The notes under the pieces: generated by a model | Told to the model about the DNA's origin: nothing | The model's database searches: none | Seen by the model: only the letters and a program-made list of their open reading frames with translations | Source: Chitinophaga pinensis | Lineage (GTDB): Bacteria > Bacteroidota > Bacteroidia > NS11-12g > UBA9320 | NCBI GenBank assembly: GCA_945878925.1 | Contig: CAMDXE010000003.1 | Location: 1 to 51,149, forward strand | Length of the DNA: 51,149 bases | Direction of reading: 5' to 3' | Shown: in pieces, positions 20,193 to 29,301 of the stretch | Numbering within the stretch: the stretch's first letter is position 1 | How the letters are laid out: each line of letters starts with the position of its first letter | Translations under genes and position numbers: made by a program

Positions 20193-21464
20193 TTAATTGG
20201 CAGTAGATTTCAGTTTATAGGTGTTTAAAACGTGGCCAACCTTAAAAATATCTTCAAAAGAATTGTAGAGTGGAACCGGAGCCATTCGTATAACATTGGG
20301 TTCGCGCCAGTCGGCAATTATACCATTTTGCTGCAAATGCATAAATATTTCTTTACCGTCATCATTGGTCAAAATCGAAAGTTGGCATCCGCGTTCTACA
20401 GGGGGAGTTATGATGTTTAAGTTTAAATTTGATTTCTCAATCACAAACTGTAAATAAGCAGTTAAGGTTTTACTTTTTTTGGCCAAGGCACTCATTCCAG
20501 CCTCGTCAAAAAGTTTTAAAGAAGCATTGTGAACCGCCATGCTTAAAACTGGGGCATTGCTCAATTGCCATCCGGCCGCGCCAAATTCTGGAATAAAGCC
20601 TTTTCGCATCTGAAATCGCTCACTTTCTTTGTGTCCCCACCATCCTGCAAAACGAGGCAAAGTAGGATCGTTGGCATAACGCTCGTGAATAAAAATTCCT
20701 GAAACACCACCCGGTCCCGAATTTAAATATTTGTAACCACACCATACGGCAAAATCAACATTCCAATCATGAAGCTTGAGTTCTATATTTCCTGCAGCAT
20801 GGGCCAAATCAAATCCAACTTTTATTCCTTTGCCGTGTCCTGCACGTGTAATGCTTTCGATATCGAAAGCTTGTCCAGTATAATATTGAACACCGCTAAA
20901 CATGATGAGCGCGGTTTCATCAGCATGTTTTTCGATGATTGCCAAAATATCCTCAGTTCTTAAGTGATGTTCGCCGGCTCTAGGTGCTATTTCTATAATG
21001 GCATCGTCGGGCAAATATCCATGAAATTTCACCTGACTTTCCATGGCATATTGATCGCTAGGAAAAGCACCGGCTTCCATAATAATTTTATAACGCTTTG
21101 GTGTCGGTCTATAAAAACTCACCATCATGAGGTGCAAATTTACCGTTAGGTTGTTCATGACCACTACCTCATGTGGCAAAGCGCCAACGATATTGGCAGT
21201 GCTTTGGCTCAAAAATTTGTGATAATACAACCAAGGGTTTTTTCCGTGAAAATGCCCTTCAACTCCTAAGTTTTGCCAATCTTTCATTTCTTGCTCCAAG
21301 GCCAATGTGGCTGTAATGGGTTGCAGGCCCAATGAATTACCTGTTAAATAAATGGCAGGTTCTCCATTAAGTATTGGAAAATGAAATTTTTCGCGAAACC
21401 CACTAAGGGTATCCGAAGCATCTAGCGTTTTTGAAAATTCAAGCGTGTTAACAAAAGGAGTCAA
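20193..21464 (-). CDS. kynU: Kynureninase
   Basis: YLTGNSLGLQP, LTVNLH, AFPSDQY, FDLAHAAGN, WCGYKYLNSGPG and GWWGH; TTG start. Confidence 0.96.
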   Translation of the reverse strand: MTPFVNTLEFSKTLDASDTLSGFREKFHFPILNGEPAIYLTGNSLGLQPITATLALEQEMKDWQNLGVEGHFHGKNPWLYYHKFLSQSTANIVGALPHEVVVMNNLTVNLHLMMVSFYRPTPKRYKIIMEAGAFPSDQYAMESQVKFHGYLPDDAIIEIAPRAGEHHLRTEDILAIIEKHADETALIMFSGVQYYTGQAFDIESITRAGHGKGIKVGFDLAHAAGNIELKLHDWNVDFAVWCGYKYLNSGPGGVSGIFIHERYANDPTLPRFAGWWGHKESERFQMRKGFIPEFGAAGWQLSNAPVLSMAVHNASLKLFDEAGMSALAKKSKTLTAYLQFVIEKSNLNLNIITPPVERGCQLSILTNDDGKEIFMHLQQNGIIADWREPNVIRMAPVPLYNSFEDIFKVGHVLNTYKLKSTAN

Positions 21465-21471
21465 GTAGTAA

Positions 21472-22320
21472 TTAATTAAGCGGTGGTACTATCCTAAGCA
21501 AGGTATTGTAAAGTTTATTTTGCTCGGTTTGCCGTTTTGTGACGGCTAATTTATATGATTTTTTTATACCGCCTCTATAATAACGGTTGAACCATGGAAA
21601 TACAGTTATTAAACCGTCAATGATTCTATATTTTAAACTAACGTCGACATACAATAATACTAATGCACCAGAAAGGGCTATTGCGTTGGCACTTTCCTTG
21701 TAGTATCCACACCACGCGTATCCTAATCCCGGAATAATGCTCATCCATTCAACCATTTTAGGATTATAACGTTTGTTGATTTTGGCCGATTGTTTAAAAA
21801 GTGTTTCTATGGCAAGTTTGTCGGTAGCACTAAGAACCGAAATTCGAAGAAAATGTTCCTTAGCACTGCTGTATCTACCGCTTTTATAATCGAGGGCCCC
21901 AAGCATCATTTGTAATTTATTATAGAGCCGAGGGCTTAGGTTGGTTTCAGAAATATTGAGCAATTCGGAATAGGCAAGCGACGTGTCCATATCCATCATA
22001 TAATTCAAGGCGCTTTCAATCAAAATTTCGTATCGAATGGTATCTACCGTTTGAGCGTTATAGGCATTGGTATAATGATTAGAGGCCAACTCAAATTTAC
22101 CAATGGCCGAATAAGCTCTGGCAAGGGGTAAATAAATTTGCTTTGACAATTGATCGTCTCCAAAAAACAAAAGTCTTTCGTATACCTCAATAGCCGATTC
22201 GTAGGATTTGGATGCATTAAATTCGTTGCCCATCCTACGGTAATTATCCAAGCCATCCTGGGCATTTAGTTTGGCAAACCCAATTAAGATGAAGAGAAGG
22301 AGTGTAACTGTTTTTTTCAT
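21472..22320 (-). CDS. Secreted tetratricopeptide-repeat protein with C-terminal membrane (TM2-like) segment
   Basis: Signal peptide; TPR-like helices; C-terminal SIIPGLGYAWCG followed by hydrophobic helices. Confidence 0.7.
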   Translation of the reverse strand: MKKTVTLLLFILIGFAKLNAQDGLDNYRRMGNEFNASKSYESAIEVYERLLFFGDDQLSKQIYLPLARAYSAIGKFELASNHYTNAYNAQTVDTIRYEILIESALNYMMDMDTSLAYSELLNISETNLSPRLYNKLQMMLGALDYKSGRYSSAKEHFLRISVLSATDKLAIETLFKQSAKINKRYNPKMVEWMSIIPGLGYAWCGYYKESANAIALSGALVLLYVDVSLKYRIIDGLITVFPWFNRYYRGGIKKSYKLAVTKRQTEQNKLYNTLLRIVPPLN

Positions 22321-22703
22321 TCAACCAAATCGATATAGAGTTGTTTCTCGAAATCTTGCTTGTAATTTCCAGGACTCATTGGATTGCAACGCGCAAAACG
22401 ATCAAAAAAATCAATAACGCCTATAATTAATCCATGTTTTTTGATGCTAATAAATGCAAATTCGGAACACGAGGGTGTAAATCGACACGATTGCATATCC
22501 TGCGACGAGATGTAGTGCTTATAAATATAGAATAGCAATTTTATGGTAGATTGGCCATCCTTGGTATTGCCATCTAAAAAAGCAGTATGATGATTGGCAA
22601 CTGCAACTGTATCAGCCGACATTAAGCTAATATTTAAGGATTGACTCATGGTGTTTTGGCTAATCCAAAACATGATCATACATAGTATCGTTCTCAGATT
22701 CAT
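22317..22703 (-). CDS. yidD: YidD (membrane protein insertion efficiency factor)-like protein with N-terminal signal-like extension
   Basis: YKHYIS...CRFTPSCSEF...IKKHG...RFARCNP, retaining the three conserved Cys. Confidence 0.75.
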   Translation of the reverse strand: MNLRTILCMIMFWISQNTMSQSLNISLMSADTVAVANHHTAFLDGNTKDGQSTIKLLFYIYKHYISSQDMQSCRFTPSCSEFAFISIKKHGLIIGVIDFFDRFARCNPMSPGNYKQDFEKQLYIDLVE

Positions 22704-23337
22704 TAATTACAATATTTTTAAATTCTGTGATTTGGGTCGATTTTTCTTTGCCCAAAATAAGGAAAGACACCACTTTGGTGGGTATCCAAAGATTTTTAAT
22801 TCGTGTATAGTCTTCGAAAAATTGTTTCGAAATAATGGTTCCTTTTGGGTCGTAAACCAATACACCAAACAGTCGCTTATTGACACTCGAAACTTTAATG
22901 TTTCCTTTATCCTTTTTCATTTGCGCAGGAGGACTCCAAGTGCTAATAACCATGCTGTCCGATCGTTCGGTATGGGTGATGGTATAAGGCGATCCTTTAA
23001 GGCCGTAATAATCTAGTTTTCCGGTAAGGCAAAGGTTGAATAATGAAAAATCCAAAAATTCCTTGATGGCCTTAGTCGACGTACGTTTTCCGTTTTGGAA
23101 CGAAATATAGGCTGTGTCGGTAATTACAATAATAGCTTTTTCGGGAAACGTAACATCATATACTGCCTTACGGGTGTTAAGGTCATAATATAGGGTACCT
23201 TTGGTTAAATTAAATTTACCGTCTGCTTTTTTTTCTTTTATGGTAATATTAGCTTTAAATCTAAAATATTGCTGCGCAGATAATTCAGCGTAACCCATTG
23301 CTAAAATAAGGCATAGAAGTATTCGAAATTTAACCAT
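22660..23337 (-). CDS. Secreted LolA-like / lipoprotein-sorting fold protein
   Basis: Signal peptide LSA|Q; KGTLYY...YDVTFPEK and FFEDYTRIKNLWIPTKV pattern typical of LolA-like folds. Confidence 0.55.
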   Translation of the reverse strand: MVKFRILLCLILAMGYAELSAQQYFRFKANITIKEKKADGKFNLTKGTLYYDLNTRKAVYDVTFPEKAIIVITDTAYISFQNGKRTSTKAIKEFLDFSLFNLCLTGKLDYYGLKGSPYTITHTERSDSMVISTWSPPAQMKKDKGNIKVSSVNKRLFGVLVYDPKGTIISKQFFEDYTRIKNLWIPTKVVSFLILGKEKSTQITEFKNIVINESENDTMYDHVLD

Positions 23338-23350
23338 AAAAATGAGAGTA

Positions 23351-23358
23351 CAAACATA
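23351..23358 (-). promoter_or_regulatory. -7 element (TATGTTTG) heading the 23337-kynU run
   Basis: Matches TAnnTTTG, 13 nt upstream of ATG 23337. Confidence 0.55.
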
Positions 23359-23432
23359 CTTTTAATTGCAGTAATTAAAAACAGCGTCCATCTATTTAAA
23401 AGGTTTATTAGCAGAATTAGTGAATAACCCTT

Positions 23433-23440
23433 TAATTTTG
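23433..23440 (+). promoter_or_regulatory. -7 element (TAATTTTG) of the FAH gene
   Basis: Matches TAnnTTTG, ending 5 nt before ATG 23446. Confidence 0.5.
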
Positions 23441-23445
23441 CAAGA

Positions 23446-24456
23446 ATGATATTTATAAGCTACCAAAAAAATAATACTATCAGGTTGGGCCTCTTAGTGG
23501 GTCAAAATCTATACGATCTTAATAGTTTAAATTCGGCCATACCCGATAATATGTCTGCTTTTTTGGAGGCAGGCGACGAAGCCATGAAATTGGCCAAGCA
23601 GGTAGAAAATGACCTTAAAATAAATCCTAATGCGACTGTAACAATCCATGATTTCGAAACCGTCGCTCCAGTACCCAATCCTACAAGCTGTCGCGATGGT
23701 TATGCCTTTAGGCAACATGTGGCCGCTGCACGACGCAATAGAAAAGTGGATATGATTGCCGAATTTGATCAGTATCCCATATTTTATTTTACCAATCACA
23801 ATGCCATACAAGGCCCTGGAGAAATATGGTGTATGCCCGATCATTTTCAAAAACTTGATTTTGAATTGGAGGCCGCTATAGTGATTGGTAAAAAAGGAAG
23901 AAATATTAAAGCAGCCGAGGCCGATTCGTACATCGCAGGATATATGATTATGAACGACATGAGTGCCCGAACCTTGCAAATGGAAGAAATGTTGCTAAAT
24001 CTGGGTCCTGCCAAAGGCAAAGATTTTAGCACCGTTATAGGCCCATGGTTGGTAACCCCCGATGAATTGGAATCTTATAAAATTGCATGCAAACCAGGAC
24101 ATACAGGCAATGCCTATAATTTAGAAATGAAATGTTGGGTAAACGGGGTAAAGGTAAGTGAAGGAAATATGGGAGATATGGATTGGACTTTTGCCGAAAT
24201 TATTGAGCGTTGCGCTTATGGGGTCGATATTTTCCCTGGCGATGTTATCGGTTCGGGAACAGTGGGTACGGGTTGTTTTTTAGAACTAAATGGAACGGGC
24301 TTGCTGAACGATTCAAATTATAAACCGCAATGGCTTAAGCCTGGCGATATAGTGGATATGGAAATAACAGGTTTAGGATATTTGTCTAACACCATACGTC
24401 AAGTAAATACAGATTTTTCGATATTAGCCTTAAAAAAAATAGGAGAATCACTCTAA
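23446..24456 (+). CDS. Fumarylacetoacetate hydrolase family protein
   Basis: RDGYAFRQH, LDFELE, MNDMSAR, AKGKDF and PGDVIGSGT. Confidence 0.9.
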   Translation: MIFISYQKNNTIRLGLLVGQNLYDLNSLNSAIPDNMSAFLEAGDEAMKLAKQVENDLKINPNATVTIHDFETVAPVPNPTSCRDGYAFRQHVAAARRNRKVDMIAEFDQYPIFYFTNHNAIQGPGEIWCMPDHFQKLDFELEAAIVIGKKGRNIKAAEADSYIAGYMIMNDMSARTLQMEEMLLNLGPAKGKDFSTVIGPWLVTPDELESYKIACKPGHTGNAYNLEMKCWVNGVKVSEGNMGDMDWTFAEIIERCAYGVDIFPGDVIGSGTVGTGCFLELNGTGLLNDSNYKPQWLKPGDIVDMEITGLGYLSNTIRQVNTDFSILALKKIGESL

Positions 24457-24496
24457 GGTATTAAAGTTCAGAATTTTTTTTATAAACCTTGTAGGC

Positions 24497-25870
24497 TTAA
24501 TCTACATTGTCGTGCAAAAACGAATTATTCGATTTTAGCTCTGGTTTTTTTTCGGGATCGTCGATAAGTGAAAAGCGCGAAACTTGTGTTTCGGATGAGT
24601 GCGAAATGTCTTCTAATTTAACATTGTGTCTTTCGTAAGCAGGGGTATTTTCTAATTCTTCTCTTCCTGATTCGCTTTTCGAACGCATGCTAAGATCGCG
24701 AAGATCACGAATTCTTGAAATGAGCTCTGTATTTTTTAGTCGACTAATTTCTGAATGGCCGTTACTTTGGTCAATAGGTGCTGTACCATCAAGGCTAAAA
24801 TAAGTGGGTTCCACGGCTTCCGTTTCGTCTTCGAGTGTCTCGGCATTTAAGCGGTCGTAGTTGGCTTGAAAAGTGCTCGTTTCCTCAGATTTATAGGTAT
24901 TTTCTTTGCGTGTAAACCCAGTTGCTATAACCGTTACGGATATTTTATTGCCTATGGATGCATCATAACATAAACCGCATTTGAGGTTGGCATCCATCCC
25001 TGCCTGATTTTGGAAAAATTCATTTATTTCGCTGTATTCATCCATGGTTACCTCCTCATCGCCATTGGTTATATTGATTAGTAAATCACTCGCGCCATTA
25101 ATTTTGTTGTCGTTCAACAAGGGTGAATTTAAAGCCTGTTCTGCTGCTTTAAGCGCTCGGCCATCGCCTTCGGCTACTCCATTGCCCATGATTGACACTC
25201 CACTGTCTTTCATGGCCGTTTTAACATCTTCAAAATCGACGTTGATGCTGCCTGCAATGGTAATAATTTCGGCTATGCCTTTGGCTGCCGTTGCTAGCAC
25301 ATTGTCGGCATAACTAAAGGCTTTGGTAATTACCAGGTTTCCAAATATTTCTTTAATTCTATCGTTCGAAATAATAAGCAATGAATCTACTACTTCTTGC
25401 ATTTCGGCTACACCTTTTTCGGCCGCAAGTCGGCGCTTAGGCCCTTCGAAATGAAAGGGAGTGGTAACAATACCAACTGTTAAAATTCCCATTTCTTTGG
25501 CTACCCGAGCAATAACTGGTGCAGCTCCTGTGCCCGTACCACCGCCCATTCCTGCAGTAACAAACACCATCTGTGTATTAACGCCAAGTGCATCAATGAT
25601 TTCTTTGATGCTGCCTTCGGCGGCTCGTTTTCCAACATCTGGATTCGAACCCGCGCCACGTCCTTCGGTAAGCTCATTTCCTATTTGTATTTTATTGGGT
25701 ATTGGGCTCGAGTCTAAAGCTTGTTGGTCGGCATTGCAAATGATAAAATCAACGCCCTTAATGCCCTCTCTAAACATATAATTTACGGCATTGCCGCCAC
25801 CACCACCCACACCAATAACTTTAATAATGGATGACCTTTCTTTTGGAAGTTCTACTTGAAAATTTGCCAT
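24497..25870 (-). CDS. ftsZ: Cell division protein FtsZ
   Basis: GVGGGGGNAVN, GMGGGTGTGAAP and NVDFEDV; Bacteroidota tail NNSFLHDNVD. Confidence 0.98.
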   Translation of the reverse strand: MANFQVELPKERSSIIKVIGVGGGGGNAVNYMFREGIKGVDFIICNADQQALDSSPIPNKIQIGNELTEGRGAGSNPDVGKRAAEGSIKEIIDALGVNTQMVFVTAGMGGGTGTGAAPVIARVAKEMGILTVGIVTTPFHFEGPKRRLAAEKGVAEMQEVVDSLLIISNDRIKEIFGNLVITKAFSYADNVLATAAKGIAEIITIAGSINVDFEDVKTAMKDSGVSIMGNGVAEGDGRALKAAEQALNSPLLNDNKINGASDLLINITNGDEEVTMDEYSEINEFFQNQAGMDANLKCGLCYDASIGNKISVTVIATGFTRKENTYKSEETSTFQANYDRLNAETLEDETEAVEPTYFSLDGTAPIDQSNGHSEISRLKNTELISRIRDLRDLSMRSKSESGREELENTPAYERHNVKLEDISHSSETQVSRFSLIDDPEKKPELKSNNSFLHDNVD

Positions 25871-25873
25871 AAT

Positions 25874-27175
25874 TTAGTTTTGTTTAATATCCGTAAAATC
25901 ATCATCGGTCAACCATTTTTTAAAAACGTTTATATCGAATAAACGAAAGGGTTTTCTTTTTTTATCTTCTTCGGATGGTACCTCATCCAAGGTTTCTTTA
26001 ATTAAATTTTCGCTGTAAAGTGCATCGTTCAGTCCTTTCATTACCAAGCCAATGCCTGTGGCATATATGGGACTGTTAACTTCATCTACCATACCTTTGG
26101 CTAAGTGCTCGTTGGGATACCCAACTCTTGCATCCAATCCTGTTACCAACGACGCAAGGTGAGTAATATGTTTGAGCATAGATCCCCCTCCGGTTAATAC
26201 TATACCGCCGGCAAGTTTTTTTTCGAGTCCCGAAGATTTAACCTCAAAGTAAACGAGTTCTAATATTTCTTGAAGTCGGGCTTGTATGATTCTTGAAAGG
26301 TTTTTTACCGAAATTTCTTTGGGTTCTCTTCCTTTTAATCCAGGAATGGTGATAATTTCATTTTCGGCCGCTTCGCTCGCTAAGGCCGAACCAAACTTAG
26401 TTTTTAAGGCCTCGGCATGATGCTTCATCACATTACATCCCTCCTTAATATCTTCGGTAATAATATTGCCACCATAAGGTATTATGGCAGTATGGCGGAT
26501 TACATTGTCGTGAAAAATAGCTACATCTGTGGTTCCTCCCCCAATATCTACCAAAACAATTCCGGCTTCCATTTCCTCAGGGCTGAGCACCGACATGGCC
26601 GAAGCCAAAGGCTCCAGCGTTAGATCACTCACTTTTAAACCTGTTTTTTCAACACATTTATAAATGTTTTTTGCGGCAGCTATTTGGCCAGTTATGATAT
26701 GAAAATTGCCTTCTAATTTTACGCCCGACATGCCAATAGGATACATGATGCCTGGTTCGTCGTCTACTTTATAATCTTGAGGAATGACATGTAAAATTTT
26801 ATCGCCGGGTTTAACAGCAAGTTTGTACATATCTGCTTCAAGGCGGTCCAAATCATCCTGATTAATTTCTTTTTCGGAGTCGTTCCTTATTAACATTCCG
26901 GCATGCTGCAGGCTATTTATATGCGCTCCGGCAATGCCCACTTGAACATTTTTAATGTTTACATTGGCTTTTTCTTCTGCCATTTTAACCGCCTCGGAAA
27001 TGGCCGCAACGGTTCGATCAATATTGGATACAACCCCACGAGTTACACCTCCATTTGATGGCACTTTTCCGATACCAAGTATATCTACTTTGCCAAATTC
27101 ACTAGAGCGGCCCACAATAGCACATATTTTGGTGGTTCCTATATCAAGTCCTACTACTATTTTTTGGTTATTCAT
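25874..27175 (-). CDS. ftsA: Cell division protein FtsA
   Basis: GLDIGTTK, DIGGGTTD and VLTGGG; dcw position. Confidence 0.97.
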   Translation of the reverse strand: MNNQKIVVGLDIGTTKICAIVGRSSEFGKVDILGIGKVPSNGGVTRGVVSNIDRTVAAISEAVKMAEEKANVNIKNVQVGIAGAHINSLQHAGMLIRNDSEKEINQDDLDRLEADMYKLAVKPGDKILHVIPQDYKVDDEPGIMYPIGMSGVKLEGNFHIITGQIAAAKNIYKCVEKTGLKVSDLTLEPLASAMSVLSPEEMEAGIVLVDIGGGTTDVAIFHDNVIRHTAIIPYGGNIITEDIKEGCNVMKHHAEALKTKFGSALASEAAENEIITIPGLKGREPKEISVKNLSRIIQARLQEILELVYFEVKSSGLEKKLAGGIVLTGGGSMLKHITHLASLVTGLDARVGYPNEHLAKGMVDEVNSPIYATGIGLVMKGLNDALYSENLIKETLDEVPSEEDKKRKPFRLFDINVFKKWLTDDDFTDIKQN

Positions 27176-27912
27176 TGTTTACAGATTACTTGTCCTTTAT
27201 ATTTTAAATTAATCGATTTATATTTATCCCACCCAATCTTACTTAATCCATTTTTATAGAAAAGGTCTAGCTTATTAAACTTTTTCTCTAGGTTGTTGGT
27301 GTCGCCTAAAATCACCTCGTGAACCCCTATTGTAGGGATAAAAGAGATATCTTGATTATCGCTCACAAATAACTGCTGAATTTGTTCTTTCCAAAAGCTA
27401 TTATTATTCACAAACCTCACTATACAGTAGAGTTTTCTGTCTATTTTATCGTTCATAAATCCAGTAACAGGAATGACATTTGGGGAAAAATTGGAAGAAA
27501 GTGGAATTTTCACTCCGTCTTCGCAGATATAATAGCCTAATTGTGATTGCGGCATCACTCTTAAAAGAGGGTGGCGTTGGGTAATATCCATCTTTAATAT
27601 GCCTGACATCCCTAGGTATATTTCGGCGTTTTTGATGCTTGGGTAGCTCAATAATTTTTCTTCCATGGCGTTGAAATTTAACGCATTACTTGATTTGCCA
27701 ATTAAATTTTCTTTGCCTAGTGGCATTCCCAATATTTTGTAAATATGGGCATCGGTTAATAAAGGGCTTTCTGTTTTATAATTAATTTTAATGCGTATGT
27801 CTTTGCAAATATCGTTTTGGTTGGTACGGGTAGCCAATAAATAGAGCGAAATGAGCACAACTGGCACCGACAATACAAAAAGAAGCTTCCCTATATTAAT
27901 TTTTTTGATCAT
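27172..27912 (-). CDS. ftsQ: Cell division protein FtsQ
   Basis: N-terminal TM and POTRA-like region; lies between murC and ftsA. Confidence 0.88.
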   Translation of the reverse strand: MIKKINIGKLLFVLSVPVVLISLYLLATRTNQNDICKDIRIKINYKTESPLLTDAHIYKILGMPLGKENLIGKSSNALNFNAMEEKLLSYPSIKNAEIYLGMSGILKMDITQRHPLLRVMPQSQLGYYICEDGVKIPLSSNFSPNVIPVTGFMNDKIDRKLYCIVRFVNNNSFWKEQIQQLFVSDNQDISFIPTIGVHEVILGDTNNLEKKFNKLDLFYKNGLSKIGWDKYKSINLKYKGQVICKQ

Positions 27913-29291
27913 GGCGCTAATAGTTCTTTTATGGGTTGGATTAGGGTGTCGATATCTCCGGCTCCCATGGTTAAAACTAAGGTAGGTTTTAGTTTACCGA
28001 GGAGAGGTAACAGTTCTTCGGATTGAATTAGATATTTCGAAGGGCTGCTAATGTTATTATGAATCAAAGCCGAGCTTACACCCTCAATTGGCAATTCGCG
28101 AGCGGGATAAATATTTAGGAGTATAGACACATCGAGCAAACTTAAACTTTTAGCAAAATCGTCGGCAAAATCCTTGGTTCGGCTATAAAGATGAGGCTGA
28201 AATATTCCGGTTATTATTTCATTTGGGTATAGCATTTTTACCGATTTAATAAACGCTTCGATTTCGGTGGGGTGGTGTGCGTAATCATCAATAAAAACAA
28301 AATTAGGTTGATGCGAAATGTATTCGAATCGGCGTTTTACGCCTTTAAATTCTTGAAGTCCTTGAATAATAATGTCTTTTGGTAAATTAAGATTTAAACA
28401 AACAGCAATGGCGGCCACAGCATTTTCGATATTATGAATTCCTTGAATGCCTAATTTTAGGGAGGTCCATTTTTCAGTTTTGCTTTCAAAATCGAAGGTA
28501 AACCATCCATCTACAATGGAAATATTAGTGGCTCTGTAGTCGCCTTTTTCGATGCCATATCGAATGATGTCGGAAGGGAAATTTGCAGGAAAATCGAGCC
28601 CATCTCTTAAAAATAAGGTTCCGTTTGGTTTTATTTTATGGATGAAATCAAAGAATGATTTTTTTAGGTTATCGCCATTTTCGTAGATATCGAGATGGTC
28701 GTTGTCCATAGAGGTAACAATAGCCAAATTGGGGCTTAGGGTTAAAAACGATCTATCGTATTCGTCGGCTTCACTTAGCGTAGTTGGCAATTTTTCGGAA
28801 GTATTCGAATTAAAATAATTGCTCCCCAAATTACTGCTTATACCTCCTAAAAAAGCAGCAAAAGGAAGCTCAGCATAAGCGAGTAAATGCGCAATTAGGC
28901 ATGAGGTTGTGGTTTTGCCATGGGTGCCTGCAACCGAAATATTGAAACTATTTTCGGTTATTAATCCTAAAAGTTGAGCGCGTTTGTAGAGTGTAAATCC
29001 ATTGGATTGAAAATAATGAAGGAGGGGGCTATTGTGAGGTATGGCAGGCGTAAAAATCACAAGGCTTGATTCTTTTTTTAATTCACTTGGCACGCTCTTT
29101 ATCGAATCGATATAATGAATGGGCATGCCTTCATTTTCTAAGGCTATACACAATTCGGAACGAACCCTGTCGTAGCCTGAAACGCTATGGCCTAATGATT
29201 TTAAATAACGGGCAAGGGCGCTCATTCCTATTCCGCCAATGCCAATAAAATAGAATTGTTTAATGGCTAATATGTTTCTTATTTGCTGCAT
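27909..29291 (-). CDS. murC: UDP-N-acetylmuramate--L-alanine ligase
   Basis: GIGGIGMSALA, GTHGKTTT, EADEYD, DDYAHHPTE and FQPH. Confidence 0.97.
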   Translation of the reverse strand: MQQIRNILAIKQFYFIGIGGIGMSALARYLKSLGHSVSGYDRVRSELCIALENEGMPIHYIDSIKSVPSELKKESSLVIFTPAIPHNSPLLHYFQSNGFTLYKRAQLLGLITENSFNISVAGTHGKTTTSCLIAHLLAYAELPFAAFLGGISSNLGSNYFNSNTSEKLPTTLSEADEYDRSFLTLSPNLAIVTSMDNDHLDIYENGDNLKKSFFDFIHKIKPNGTLFLRDGLDFPANFPSDIIRYGIEKGDYRATNISIVDGWFTFDFESKTEKWTSLKLGIQGIHNIENAVAAIAVCLNLNLPKDIIIQGLQEFKGVKRRFEYISHQPNFVFIDDYAHHPTEIEAFIKSVKMLYPNEIITGIFQPHLYSRTKDFADDFAKSLSLLDVSILLNIYPARELPIEGVSSALIHNNISSPSKYLIQSEELLPLLGKLKPTLVLTMGAGDIDTLIQPIKELLAP

Positions 29292-29301
29292 TAATAAAAT
29301 T

